From Centroscyllium fabricii (lineage: Eukaryota), in the NCBI GenBank assembly GCA_051313645.2, contig JBNRSN020000001.1:496434001-496498000 (forward strand): 64,000 nt of DNA, in the 5' to 3' direction. Below are positions 36,601-49,472 of the stretch, piece after piece. Each line of letters opens with the position of its first letter. The first letter of the stretch is position 1. Position numbers and translations under genes: made by a program. A model generated the notes under the pieces. That model was given only the letters and a program-made list of their open reading frames with translations. It made no database searches and was not told where the DNA came from.

Positions 36601-38297
36601 CGTAGCGTTCTTCTCCCGGACCCTACAGGGACCCGAAATTCGCCACTCCGCAGTGGAAAAGGAGGCCCAGGCCATTGTGGAGGCAGTGTGTTACTGGCGC
36701 CACTATCTGGCCGGTAAGCATTTTACCCTGCTCACCGACCAACGGTCGGTGGCGTTCATGTTTAACACTAAACAACAGGGTAAAATCAGGAATAATAAGA
36801 TCCTTCGGTGGCGGATCGAGCTCTCGACTTACGAGTACGACATTCTTTACCGGCCAGGCAAGCTCAACGAGCCCCCGGACGCCCTGTCCAGGGGAACATG
36901 CACCAGCGCCCAGCTTGACCGGCTGCAGGCCCTCCACGATCGCCTCTGCCACCCGGGTGTCACCAGACTCGCCCACTTTGTCAAATCCCGTAGCCTCCCT
37001 ACTCCATTTCGGAGATCAAGGCTATGACTAAAGAGTGCCCTGTCTGCGCTGAATGCAAACCCCAATTTTACAGGCCAGACAGGGCGCACCTCATCAAGGC
37101 CACCCGCCCCTTTGAATGCCTGAGCATGGACTTCAAAGGTCCCCTCCCCTCCACTGACCGCAACTTGTATTTCCTCACGGTCATCGACAAGTTCTCCCGC
37201 TTCCCCTTTGCCTTCCCCTGCCCAGATATGACGAGCGCAACAGTGATCAAACACTTCACCACGCTGTTCGCCATTTTCGGTCTCCCCAGCTACATCCACA
37301 GCGACCGGGGGTCGTCGTTCATGAGCGACGAACTGCGTCAGTTTCTGCTCCACAAGGGGATTGCCTTGAGCAGAACGACCAGTTACAACCCCCGGGGGAA
37401 CGGTCAGGTAGAAAAGGAGAACAGGTCTATCTGGAAGGCGGTCACCCTGGCCCTGAAATCCAGAGGCCTTCCAGTCTCCCTTTGGCAGGAGGTCCTCCCA
37501 GACGCGCTCCAATCCATCCGCTCTCTGGTGTGTACCGCTACAAATGCCACACCTCATGATCTATTGTTTTCCTTCCCCAGGAAATCGACTTCGGAGACAG
37601 CACTCCCGCTGTGGCTGACTGCGCAGTGGCCAGTCTTGCTTAGGAAGCACGTCCGCGGCCACAAGACGGACCCCCTGGTGGAACGGGTGCACCTGCTCCA
37701 TGCCAACCCGCAATATGCTTACGTTGGCGTGGAGCAGGTGCACCCGTTCCACCAGGGACCTGGCGCCCGCCGGGACCACAATAACGGGACCCCCGGTCGA
37801 GCCTCAGCTCGACCAGCCAACACCCACCGAATGCTGGCCCCCATACGCACACACACCGGGGCCCTCAACTCCACCGGACGACGCTACCACTATCGGCGGA
37901 GAGCACGACCCCGACCCCGCAACCGGCACCACCGTCACCGACGCCCCGGCGGGGTCTCAGGCAGACACGACCGCCGGAGAGACTGATTGCTCAATGTTAA
38001 CGGACTGTATCTGTTGATGCATGTTCACCCCGCCGGACTCATTTTAAAGAAGGGGTGAATGTGGTAAGCATGTATTTTACCACTTGTATATAGTGCCTGT
38101 ATACCTGTAAATATCTGTCGGCTGGGACAGCCCCACCCCTAACTCATCCCCTCAGGTCGGAGTACATAGGTGGTTGCTGACCAGCCCCCACTCATTCTTC
38201 GCCTTGACCTCACCAGGAGACCAGCTCCATTCTTAGTTAATAAAAGCCTGTAGTTTAGGTAACTACTCGTCTTTGTGTATTAATTGACGATACGTCA
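33689..38297 (+). mobile_element. Full-length Gypsy element D (relative of A); LTRs 33689-33926 and 38060-38297
   Basis: 238-bp LTRs with 4 differences seen; TSD GCATA/CCATA. Gag ATG at 33950, LFDTGS, YLDNV, RNase H and integrase 37024+, PPT AAGAAGGGGTGAA. Inserted in an old CR1 RT remnant. Confidence 0.95.
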
Positions 38298-39634
38298 CCA
38301 TACAGGTGTATTTCCTTTCCTTTTTCTTACTTCTAAAGTATATTTTATTACATTGCCGCCTTCCACATTGCACCACATCTGTCACAGAACTGCCCATCTC
38401 ACTGGCCTGTCTGCGTCCTCCTGCAGATTAATTGCACAGCAGACCGAGCATTCTATCAGAGACTTAAATGACATCAGTTCCGAAATCAATCTATCCATCT
38501 CTCTCTCTTTTTCTCTCTTAGCTGGAGCTTACTTTTATGGAGTTAATAAGTTGTGTCTTCGTTATTTTAATAAGGCTATCCTGTAACAATATAGAGCATT
38601 GATCAGGCCTCACTTGGAATACTATGCACATTTCTGGTATGTATTGTGTTTGAACGCTGGTATTGCATGGTGTAAGTTTAGGGATCATTTGTAGCAGAGC
38701 TGGAAAAGGTACAGAAGCTGTTAGAATTATTAAGGAACTAGATAATAAAATAGAGGATACATTCACAGAGCTGAGACGTTTCTCATTGGAATAGCTTATC
38801 AAGGGATGTCATAGGAGCAAGTAGCTCTAATCTCCAAAGTCAAATTGAGTACCCTGTATATGGATATTTATTGTTTATGGGTATGTAAGTGTAGTGGTTA
38901 CAGTACTGGACTAGCACCCCAATCCTACCATGGCAAGTGAAATTGAATTCAATGAATCAGATAATTTGTAGACTGGCATCAGAAAAATAAAGCACCAGGA
39001 AAGCTGCAAGTTTGTTATAAAAACCCAATTGGTTCATTACTGGCCTTCAGGGAAGGGAACCTGTTCACCTCCAATATGCCGGCCTGCAAATAATTTCAGT
39101 CTGACGCAACATCGTTGACTCTTAATGCTCTCTGAAGTGGCCTAGCAAGCCATTCAGTTGTACAAATAATTGCTAGCGGTCCATCAGCACCTTCTCAGGG
39201 AAAATGACTGTGATCTTGCCAGTATTGCACACATCCCAAGAGCAAATAAAACAGATGTATTTTGAAGAGAAATATATTGTCATTGGTTACAGCTGCTAGG
39301 ACGACAAGAAGGTAGACTAACGCCCCATAATTTCCTGGTTTGTCCTTTTCTCCTGTTTTAAAGATGAGTGTTGCATTTGCTGCCTCCCAGCTCTGGTGTT
39401 TCTCTCTTTCACAGAATCTTGGAAAATTATTGTCAGAGCCTCCAGTGTTTCTTCCTTAGGTTCCCTCGGGATTCTTGAATGTAAACCATCAGGTCTTAAT
39501 GATTTGTCTCTCTTAAGTTCGAGTAACTTCCTTAGTCCCACCTCTCTTTAAATAACAATAATTTGCATTTATATAGCACCTTTTAAGGTAGAGAAACATC
39601 CTAAGGTGTTTTTAAGTAATCAGCTCTGGCAGTT

Positions 39635-39803
39635 CATAGAATCATAGAATCACTACAGTGCAGATAGAGGCCATTTCGGCCCATCAAGCCTGCACTGACA
39701 CATATCCCACCCTATCCCCGTAACCCCACATATTTAATCCCCCTAACACTAAGGGTCAATTTATCCTGGCCAATCAACCTAACCCGCATGTCTTTGGACT
39801 GTG
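39635..39803 (-). mobile_element. 5'-truncated HE1-type SINE
   Basis: Reverse complement of the 27520-27620 region plus a (CATAGAAT)2 tail. Confidence 0.8.
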
Positions 39804-40649
39804 TCTGCAATCCCAGTATCCATCTCCTCTGCAAGAAATGAGACAAAGTTCTTATTTAGTATCTCTACCATTCCCTCATTCTCCATTGCAAGTTTGCCTC
39901 CTTTATCTCCTAGCATGACGACCACAACCTTGATAATCTTTTTACTACTAATGTGCCTACAAAAAACATTTTTGTTGCTCTTTCACTCTCTCCCGCTTAG
40001 CCTTTCTTCGTACTTAGTGAGGGCCTGTTAAAGGTGCTATATAAATGCAAGTTGTTATTGTATGCAGTAGGTATAATGAATGTATGTTTTACAAAAACAG
40101 AAGTACACTGATTAACTATTGGGAAAGGCACAGTTCTGTATTTTATGGGTGTGATTGGTCATTTGAAATAAAAATCAGGAAGAAAATCATATGTGAAGTA
40201 CAACCTGGATTTCCTGGTGCAGGCTGTTCAATTTTTAGGTAGTAATCAGCTGACTGGGTGCAGAAAATGTGTGGCAGTCCTAACCCTCTGTTTACTTGTA
40301 CCCCCTAGTTTACAATGGTCAGCGATGAAAGCACCAACCTCAAACAGACAGTTGTTTCATTTAAATATTAATTTGAGGGGTATTTTTCCTGCATGTCGTT
40401 TCCTGCCATTCTGATGTGCAGAATGTCGATATGTTAATCACATTCTTGGGACATGAGTGTTTAAGGTTGCTGGGTGGTGGTACTTATAATGGCAGACACA
40501 ATAATATTCAGGTAAGTGTATTTTTCCTGCTGGCACTTAGGTTCTCAGAACTGTTATGGCAAATGTTGTACATTATTTATTTTTTCTCCCCATTACAATT
40601 AGTGGTACTGATGGAAATCCCCCTCTCAGATTTGTTTGGAAGAAGAGGG

Positions 40650-43600
40650 TGATGCGCGATCAATTATACTTGAGGCGAGGTTGAGAATACAACTGAGGCT
40701 TTTATTCACTAAGAACCCTGGAGATCCTTAGACTGACCGGCAACTCCTTGTACTGGGCCAGGCTCCCAGAGCTCGGACCTTTATCAGGTAGGCTAGGGGT
40801 AGAGTCAGCTTCAGGCATGCCCGGGCATGTAAACACACAGGCAAATATATACAACAGTGGTTTACCACATTCACCCCTTCTTTAAAAATGAGTCCAGCAG
40901 GGTGAAGTGAGACAAAGTCAAGTGTACATGAGTCTTTCAGGAGGTCTGGTACGCCTCTGTGATTGTCGTGGCTGCGGTGCTGGTTCCACGTCTTCGTCCG
41001 CACGGGGGTGGTCGGTGACGTATCGTCAATAAGACAAAGACGAGTAGTTACCTTAACTAGAGGCTTTTAATCACTTTACGATGGAGCTACTCTCCAGTCA
41101 AACATTGAGTACAGAATGAATGGGGGCAGGTCAGACCTCACCTATAAGGCGCTCACCTGAGGGGAGGAGTTAGAGGTGTGGCTGACCTGACCTCGCGACA
41201 GTGTCGTTATACAAAACTATATACAATGCACCCATCCACTATACATGCTGGTCTGTAGTGTGCTCAACTATATACACTGGTAATCATGATTACCACAGTC
41301 GGCGGCTGGGTCCTTGGATCCGGCGCGTAGTGTAAAGGGGCTAGGGGAGAAAGATCAGACGCAGACGCCTCCCGGGGGGTGGTGGGTTGCAAAAGGTGGG
41401 GGTGGCAGGGTTCGGCAGCATCGGGGGCACCCGAGGGGGGGAGGTCCCTAATAGAAACGGTGTCCTCCCGCCCGTCCGGATACGCAATGTAGGCGTATTG
41501 GGGGTTTGCATGGAGGAGTTGGACTCTTTCGACGAGGGTGTCAGTCTTATGGCTCCTGATGTGTTTCCGGAGCAAGACGACTCCTGGGGACGTCAGCCAA
41601 GATGGGAGCGAAGTCCCCGATGTGGACTTCCTGGGGAAGACAAACATTTTTTCATGAGGGGTGGCGTTTAGGGCAGTGCAGAGAAGGGACCGGATAGCGC
41701 GGAGTGCATCCGGGAGAACGTCTTGCCAGCGCGAGACTGGAAGGCCCCTGGACTTTAGGGCTAGCAGGGTGGCCATCCAGACTGTAGCGTTCTCCCTCTC
41801 CACCTGTCCGTTCCCCCGGGGGTTGTAGCTGGTAGTCCTGCTCGTGGCGACGACTCTAGCGAGCAGGTACTGTCGCAGCTCGTCGCTCATAAATGAGGAA
41901 CCCCGGTCGCTATGGATGTAGCTGGGGAACCCGAACAGGGCGAAGAGATTGTGCAGGGCCTTGATGACCGTGGCCGAGGTCATGTCAGGGCAGGGAACGG
42001 CGAAGGGGAAACGTGAGTACTCATCAATAATGGTGAGAAAGTACACATTGCGGTCGGGGGAGGGGAGGGGTCCCTTGAAATCGATGCTGAGGCGCTCGAA
42101 GGGACGGGTGGCCTTGATCAGTTGTGCCCTGTCTGGCCTGTAAAAGTGCGGTTTGCACTCAGCGCAGACCTGGCAGTCCCTGGTCATGGTCCTGACCTCC
42201 TCAATGGAGTAGTGCAGGTTGCGGGCCTTGACAAAATTGAAGAACCGGGTGACAGAGGTCGTTGTGGAGGGAGCGCAGTCGATCCACCTGCACGCTGGCG
42301 CATGTTCCCCGGGAAAGGGCGTCTGGGGGATCGTTGAGCTTCCCGGGGCGGAACAAGATATTGTAGTGGTAGGTGGAGAGTTCAATTCTCCACCTCAATA
42401 GCTTGTCATTTTTGATTTTACCCCGCTGCTTGTTGCTGAACATAAAAGCAACTGAGCGCTGGTCAGTGAGCAGGGTAAACCGTTGACCGGCAAAGTAATG
42501 CCTCCAGTGGCGCACAGCTTCCACTATGGCCTGGGCCTCCTTCTCGACAGAGGAGTGTCTAGTCTCGGGGCCTTGGAGGGTTCGGGAGAAGGAGGCCACG
42601 GGTCTGCCCGCCTGGTTATGGGTGGCGACCAGGGCAAAGTCGGACGCATCGCTCTCCACCTGAAATGGGGCGGTTTCGTCCACCGCGTGCATGGTGGCCT
42701 TAGCGATGTCCCGTTTGATGCAGTCGAAGGCCATACGGGCCTCCGTCGTCAGGGGAAAGAAAGTGGACTTAAGGAGCGGGCGGGCCTTGTCCGCAAAGTT
42801 AGGGACCCACTGGGCGTAGTAGGAGAAGAAGCCCAGGCATCTTCGCAGGGCCTTTTGGCAATGGGGGAGGGGGAGTTCCATGAGGGGGCGCATGCGGTCT
42901 GGGTCGGGACCGATGACCCCGTTTTCCACGACACAGCCAAGAATGGCAAGGCGTGTTGTGCGGAACATGCATTTCTCCTTGTTATAAGTGAGATTAAGGA
43001 GTTGGGCCGTGCGAAGGAATTTTTCCAGGTTGGCATCATGGTCCTGCAGGTCATTGCCGCAAATGGTCACGTTGTCGATGTATGGGAACGTGGCCAGCAG
43101 CCCAAGCTGGTCAACCATATGGTCCATCTCCCGTTGGAAAACCGAGACGCCATTGGTGACCCCGAAGGGGACCCTGAGGAAGTTGTAGAGGCGGCCGTTA
43201 GCCTCGAAGGCAGTATAGCGGCGGTCCGCAGGGAGGATGGGGAGTTGGTGATAAGCCGATTTCAGGTCAATGGTGGAAAACACCTTGTACTGCGCAATCT
43301 GATTGACCATGTCAGATATGCGGGGGAGGGGGTACGCGTCCAACTGCGTAAAGCGGTTCATGGTCTGGCTGTAGTCGATAACTAATCGGTTCTTTTCACT
43401 GGTCTTAACAACGACTACTTGGGCCCTCCAGGGGCTGGTGCTAGCCTCAATCACCCCCTCCTTCAGGAGCCGCTGTACCTCGGACTTGATGAAAGCCCTG
43501 TCCCCAGCACTGTATCTCCTGCTCTTAGTGGCTATGGGTTTACAGTCTGGGGTGAGGTTAGCGAACAGTGGGGGAGGGGCGACCTTGAGGGTCGAGAGGC

Positions 43601-45202
43601 TGCAGACGGCGCGCGATGGGCGGTTGGAGGGCTTCTGGCTGCGGACAGTGAGGGGCGGGAAGGGGCCCCCCGTACGCCATCATAACGCTATTAAAGTGGG
43701 TTTGCAAGTCTAACCCCAGGAGGACGGCCGCGCACAGGTTGGGTAGGACCAGGAGTTTGAAATCCTTGTACATTGCGCCGCTCACCGACAGGGTTACCAC
43801 GCAGTAACCGCCGACATCCGCGGTCTGGAATTTGGAAGCGAGGGAGATGTGCTGGTGCATGGGCCGAGTGGAGAGCGAGAGGCGGTGCACCGTATCGGGG
43901 TGGATAAAGCTTGCCGTGCTCCCCAAGTGAAACAGGCAGTTCGTGGCGCAGCCGTTTACCTTAATGTCCATCATCGACTTTGTGAGGTGGTGGGGCCCAG
44001 ACTGGTCCAAGGTAACGGAAGCCAGTACCGCGGCTGGTGGCTCATCGCAGTCAGTCGGGGAGCCGGGTCGGTCTGTGGCTGCAGGCTTCCAAGATGGCTG
44101 CTCCCATGAGTCGCACATGGTGGGGGTTGTCCAAGATGGCCGCAAGGTCGGTTCGCACGCGGCGCTGCTGGGCCTGGGGGACGACTTGCAGACGCTCGCA
44201 TAGTGTTCCTTCTTCTGGCAACGCGTGCAAGTAGCGTCCTTCGCCAGACAGAGCTGCCTGGAGTGCTTCACTCGGCCGCAGAAATAGCACTTCTGACTCC
44301 GGGGTACCGCCGCGGTGGTCGGGCCGTTCACGGAGCGAGGCGAAGGTGGCGCGGCGTAAGGCATCAGGCCTGGCGTGTTCCACGCTGGCGGCTCCCGTGA
44401 GGTCCATGGGGCGGCCATGTGCGCGTACGACTCCATACTCCGATCAGCCCCTTCGAGTGCGAGTCCGATGTGTGTGGCCTTCTTCAGGGACAGTTTCCCC
44501 AGTTCCAGCAGTCTCTTCCAGGTGTAGTCCGATTGTACGCCTGCGACGATGGCGTCTCGGACTAGCAGCTCCCTGTGCTCATCTGCTGAAGCCGTTTTGC
44601 AGTTGCAGGCTCTGCTGAGCTCCATCAGGGCCCGCACAAAGCCAGCGAAACTCTGCCCGGGCCGTTGTTTGCGGGTCAGCAGGAGGTGCCTGGCGTAAAC
44701 TGTGTTAGTCGGCCGCTCGTACTGCTCCTTGAGGAGGGCCATCGCCGATGTGTAGGAGGTCATTCCCTTGATGAGTTGGAACACTCGGTGATGGAGCCGT
44801 GACTGCAGAAGCAAGAGTTTCTGGGCATCCGTCTGGACAGTGCTGGTGGAGGTCGCCAGGAATCCCTCAAAGCAGGTTAGCCAGTGGGAGAAGCTGCTCG
44901 GCGCCTCTGGTGCGCTCGGGTCGAGTTCCAGGATGGATAGCTTTAGGAGGGCGTCCATCTCAAAACTCTTAGTGAATAAAATTGATGCGCGATCAATTAT
45001 ACTCGAGGTGAGGTTGAGAATACAACTGAGGCTTTTATTCACTAAGAACCCTGGACATCCTTAGACTGACCGGCAACTCCTTGTACTGGGCCAGGCTCCC
45101 AGAGCTCGGGCCTTTATCAGGTAGGCTAGGGGCGGGATCAGCTTTAGGCATGCCCGAGCATGTATACACACAGGCAAATATATACAACAGTGGTTTACCA
45201 CA
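40650..45202 (-). mobile_element. Full-length Gypsy element E; LTRs 40650-40869 and 44983-45202
   Basis: 220-bp LTRs. Gag-PR 43558-44958, RT/RNase H 42201-43454 (YIDNV), integrase 41300-42385, PPT AAGAAGGGGTGAA. Confidence 0.95.
41016..41297 (-). mobile_element. Solo LTR of family A inserted in the integrase tail of E
   Basis: 282 bp, similar to 4942-5223, with a perfect 5-bp TSD GTCGG (41011-41015 / 41298-41302). Confidence 0.95.
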
Positions 45203-47076
45203 TGGGAAGCTTACAGAAAATGTCAGGCAAATCAGGCTGTGCAAGAGATGTTCTGTGATACCCATGGGTACCACTCTCTCGCCAGTACCCCACACCCGTA
45301 TCTCGAGACATTTTTGCTTTGGCAGACAGTGCAGGTAAAGGCTTTTCTTCCCAAAGGACCTGGGACAGGAGACCTATCGGCACTATTAGTTTATGTGTTA
45401 TCTCCTCAGAAGTACCTCAATTGCAGTGTGTTGTGCTTTCAGTAGCACTGCATAAAAGGCATATCAAATAATAAAGGGATAGTGTAGCCTCATTGGCAGC
45501 ACTTGCCAAGATGCCACCAACTAATTCTGCAAGCCCTGATGCACCCACCTGACCGTGACTGTGGGAAATTGCCTCCTCATGTACTGTGTCAGCAGAGAGA
45601 CAGATGCAGAACTGTACCAATTGCTGCAAGGAAACTTGCATCTACCATCCAGCGTATGACTGGTATATTCGTAAGAATACTGAGCAGCTGTGACCTGAAA
45701 CATAGCTCCACTTCCTTGCAGGCATGCTACAATGTTCAATTTATTTCCACCCCTGTGGGGAAGTACTCAACGATGGTGGCATGGAGAGGCACAAAGGATC
45801 AGTCTCCTCGTAACCAGCTCATGTTGCACCTCCCTCATTTCAGCAACTAGCAAAGCAAGGGTTTGGTGCTGGGCTGCTCCCGCACTTGCCTGCAGGCTGA
45901 TGCCTGCACCTTGGGTTTCCTTTCCTTTCCTTTTTGCTTGTCTCTTCTTGACCCCTGTTCTTTCAGTCTTAGCAAAGGCTGATAATGGATTGAGATGCCG
46001 TTTGATGCCCTCCAAAGACATTTGCAATGTTGTTCCTCAGTTGTAGCTTCCTCTTTAATTGGTTAATTCCTTGTAAATTAATTTGCATTTAAATGTTATT
46101 TAAACGTACCTGGGGTGGGAGGGGGGACCTTCAGTTTGCCTATCCTCTTCACGCTGGCCTTCAGCTGACAGGAAAGTCACCTTCTTGGGAAACTTCCATT
46201 ATCTCGTTTTCACTGTTCTTGCCACAGAAATGAGCCTGTGGATTCTGCAATGTACAAAATAAAATCTCGGCTCTCAGGGACTATTGATCCACTTTAACAG
46301 TGTGTGACTAGCCTTACAGCCATTAAATTTTGGCACTCAAGTAGGCAGCATGTGATGGGTACATTCGTGAAGAATACATTTGTGTTACGACTACAATGTT
46401 TTACTCCGGTTAAAATAATCAATGCTTGGTAAATGTTTTTTTGAAATCTGAAATAACATAATTCTGAGAGATTAACTTTCTTGATCCCATGGAAAGTTTT
46501 GTCATCCACTTGCTTTTCTTTCCTCTATTTTCTCCCTCTTCAGGTCATGTTGGGCACACCTGTGGTCAAGAAGATACGTGAGCGACCTGCTCCCAGACCT
46601 CTACCTATGCCACTCTTCAAGGAGATGCTAGGAAACCATTCACCTTTTAATTTTACTCTTCATCCCTGTGGGAGGTTACTTGGTCTCAACTTGGTGTCTC
46701 CCCACATTATCACAGCTAAGATTGGGTGTACAGTGGAGTGATGCATGGCACCATTCTGTGGCACCACACATCAGTGCTCCAATGCACTGTGCAACCATTC
46801 TATTTTTTTCTTGACATTTTTAATAGTGTTCTACAAGCAAAAGAAAAAAATGAGACAAAAGTACAGAACTCAAAGCAAAAACCACTGAGCAAAGTATTAT
46901 TGAGAATAAAAGTCAAACATGTGTCACAGAAGAATTTCAATATTAGATACAAGATCTACATGGGGGCTACAAAAATCAGTTGGGACTTAGAACAGTCAAA
47001 AAATAAATTACTTTAATATTGAGGAATGTAAAATAATACATATTAGTTTTAAAATGATAAATTACACAATGTTGTA

Positions 47077-47608
47077 CAGGTTGAGCACCGTTAATCCGTG
47101 TCCCGAATAGCCGGCAGCTTCAGTCTGCCGGCACAAATTGCCCCGACTGCACTGCGCATGCGCAAAATGGCAGCCCCCTATCGTGGCTTCAGCGAATGAT
47201 CTGCGCATGCGCCGAGCGCATGCGCAGATCATTCAAAACAGCTGCGGGTGTTTTGAATGATCTGCGCATGCGTCACCGGACGGTTAGCGCATGCGCAGAT
47301 AATTCAATACGGCCGCCCGTTATTTTCTCGACAGCTGAGCCCCGTGACTGAGGCGGACAGTCACTAGGCAACAGCTGTCAGCCTGAGTCCCGCTCGGCGG
47401 CAGCAGCAACCCCAAAGGCGATGGAGAGGGACGGCGGACCCGGGCCCGATCTGCGCATGCGCGCGCCAGCCAATCGCAATGCTGCGCGCATGCGCACGGC
47501 CATTTTGACTGGCGCGCATGCGCAGTGTCCAAACTCGTTCTCCCGGTTTTTTCCATTTCCCGGCACGGGCCTGGTCCCGCCCATGCCCGATTAACGGTGC
47601 TCAACCTG
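47077..47608. mobile_element. Tigger/pogo-like MITE
   Basis: TIRs CAGGTTGAGCACCGTTAATC / GATTAACGGTGCTCAACCTG with TA duplication. Confidence 0.9.
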
Positions 47609-47734
47609 TATATATTAAAATGGAGCAAGAGAAGAATGATATTTGGAAGCATTGCTACATTCAGTAAAGCAGCGATTGATATCTGGGTAGATCCATATTA
47701 CTGAGGCCCAAGGGAATGATACCAGTAGTCTTTA

Positions 47735-49472
47735 TTTCAATACAAGGAAATATTAAAGTTGAATTTCAAGTAAACCATAAATTTCAAAATCTATATCTGA
47801 CACTATTCATTTTTAACGTGTTTGGCCTATAGACCTCTACAACTACCTCTTGGTGTTGAGCCTCCTCCTTCAGTGGCAGGCTGAATGATCTTGGCTGCAA
47901 ACTTCTCCATAGCCTCCAGGTATTGATTGGCCATACTTGAAGTTCAGTGTCTAATTTTGGCCTCCACATTTGTCATGGACATAAAGAGGTATTAAGCTTC
48001 AAAGAAGAACCAAGATTGTTTGATGTCCTAGACACTGAGTTATAAAGACAGTATGTAGAAACTCTGCTTGCTCTTGGAAATAAGATTGAGGGGAAAATAA
48101 GCAATTTTACCCCATTAAATTATAAAATAAATGGATGTGGTGTGGCTAAATTCTCTGTGAGCAGGCAGGGGACATAATTATAAATGAAAGAAATTATAAG
48201 CTAAAGATAACTAAGTAACTTCACATGCCATGTTAACTTGAGAATAAACTATTACATAGGGTAGGGAATGCTGCTCTTGTTTAAATCATTCAAAGACAAA
48301 ATACAATACTTCAAAATAAGTAGTTTGCAGAAGAAAATATGCTTGGAGCTGCGACAAAAGAGACATGAACGTGGCTCAATTTGCAATGTAATATTCAAAG
48401 CTAACTTAATGAAAAATGGTGTTGCAATCCTTAAAAGGTTAACACGTGGTCTAGAGATAATTTATAGTGAGATATGTAATGACAATTCTTCTAAAAACAC
48501 TGGGATAGAAATGTTGATTTTGATGGCCTGATACAGGCACACAATCCCTTATCCGCAACTCCAAAAACCGAAAAGCTCCAAAAACCGAAGTCCAGGGTTG
48601 CGCCAACATAATCACTTTTTTCTTAAATAAATTGAAGCTGCAGCAGAAAAAACACGTTCCTACCCCGATCTCGTGCTGTTGATGCCGTGCTGAGGAAAAA
48701 AATGGCTCATCTCCCCCTGAAAACGGCCGCTCTCCCCCTGCAAACGGCCGCTCTCCCCCTGCAAACGGCCGCTGTCCCCCTGCAAACGGCCGCTGTCCCC
48801 CTGCAAACGGCCACTGTCCCCCTGCAAACGGCCGCTGTCCCCCTGCAAACGGCCGATCTCCCCCTGCAAACGGCCGATCTCCCCCTGCAAACGGCCGATC
48901 TGCCGTTCCCCGACTGCGAGCTGCACCGCAAACACGGCCATGCGATCTGCGCATGCGCACTGGGGCCAACTCTAAAAACCGTATTTATCCGAAAACCGAG
49001 ACCCGCCCGGTCCCGAGGTTTTCGGATAAAGGGTTGTGTATCTGTATCTCCACTGATATATATTTAAATTCCAGCTGAAGGGTAAGACTGAATTTCAGCC
49101 TCAACTGGCATTTGAACTCAGATTTCTTCAATAGACATATTCTGCTACTTCTTAACTGAACTGCTTTGTATTCTTGAAGGAGCACTTTGCATTAATGAAG
49201 CCCTTTGTTGTAAAAAGAAAAGAAACGTGTAAATTCAATCCTGCCCAACTAAATTGTACAATCCTGCTAGCCATCATGGAGCAATATTAGAGGCTTTGGA
49301 GAATTTTGCAGCCAAGATCATTCAGCCCTGCCACTGAAGGAGGAGGCTCAACACCAAGAGGTAGTTGTGGAGGCCGACAGATCATACATGTTAAAAATGA
49401 ATAGTGTCGCATATAGGTTTTAAAATTTATGGCTTACCTGAAATTCGACTTCAATATTTCCTTGCATTGAAA
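47735..49472. repeat. ~190-bp inverted repeat pair (47735-47925 and 49282-49472)
   Basis: For example CCTCTTGGTGTTGAGCCTCCTCCTTCAGTGGCAGG versus CCTGCCACTGAAGGAGGAGGCTCAACACCAAGAGG. Confidence 0.9.
48534..49044. mobile_element. Tigger/pogo-like MITE containing a 21-bp minisatellite (~48712-48900)
   Basis: Imperfect TIRs CAGGCACACAATCCCTTATCCG / CGGATAAAGGGTTGTGTATCTG with TA flanks; about 9 copies of CCCCCTGCAAACGGCCGCTGT. Confidence 0.85.

Noticed and set aside
42483-43385. 300-aa ORF antisense to RT (and similar antisense ORFs)
   Set aside because: Shadow ORFs expected opposite GC-rich coding sequence; the equivalent frame is broken in related copies.
48660-48941. Heptad-like ORF (GRLQGDS)n resembling a coiled-coil protein
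   Set aside because: It is the translation of a 21-bp minisatellite inside a TA-flanked MITE and is open in several frames.
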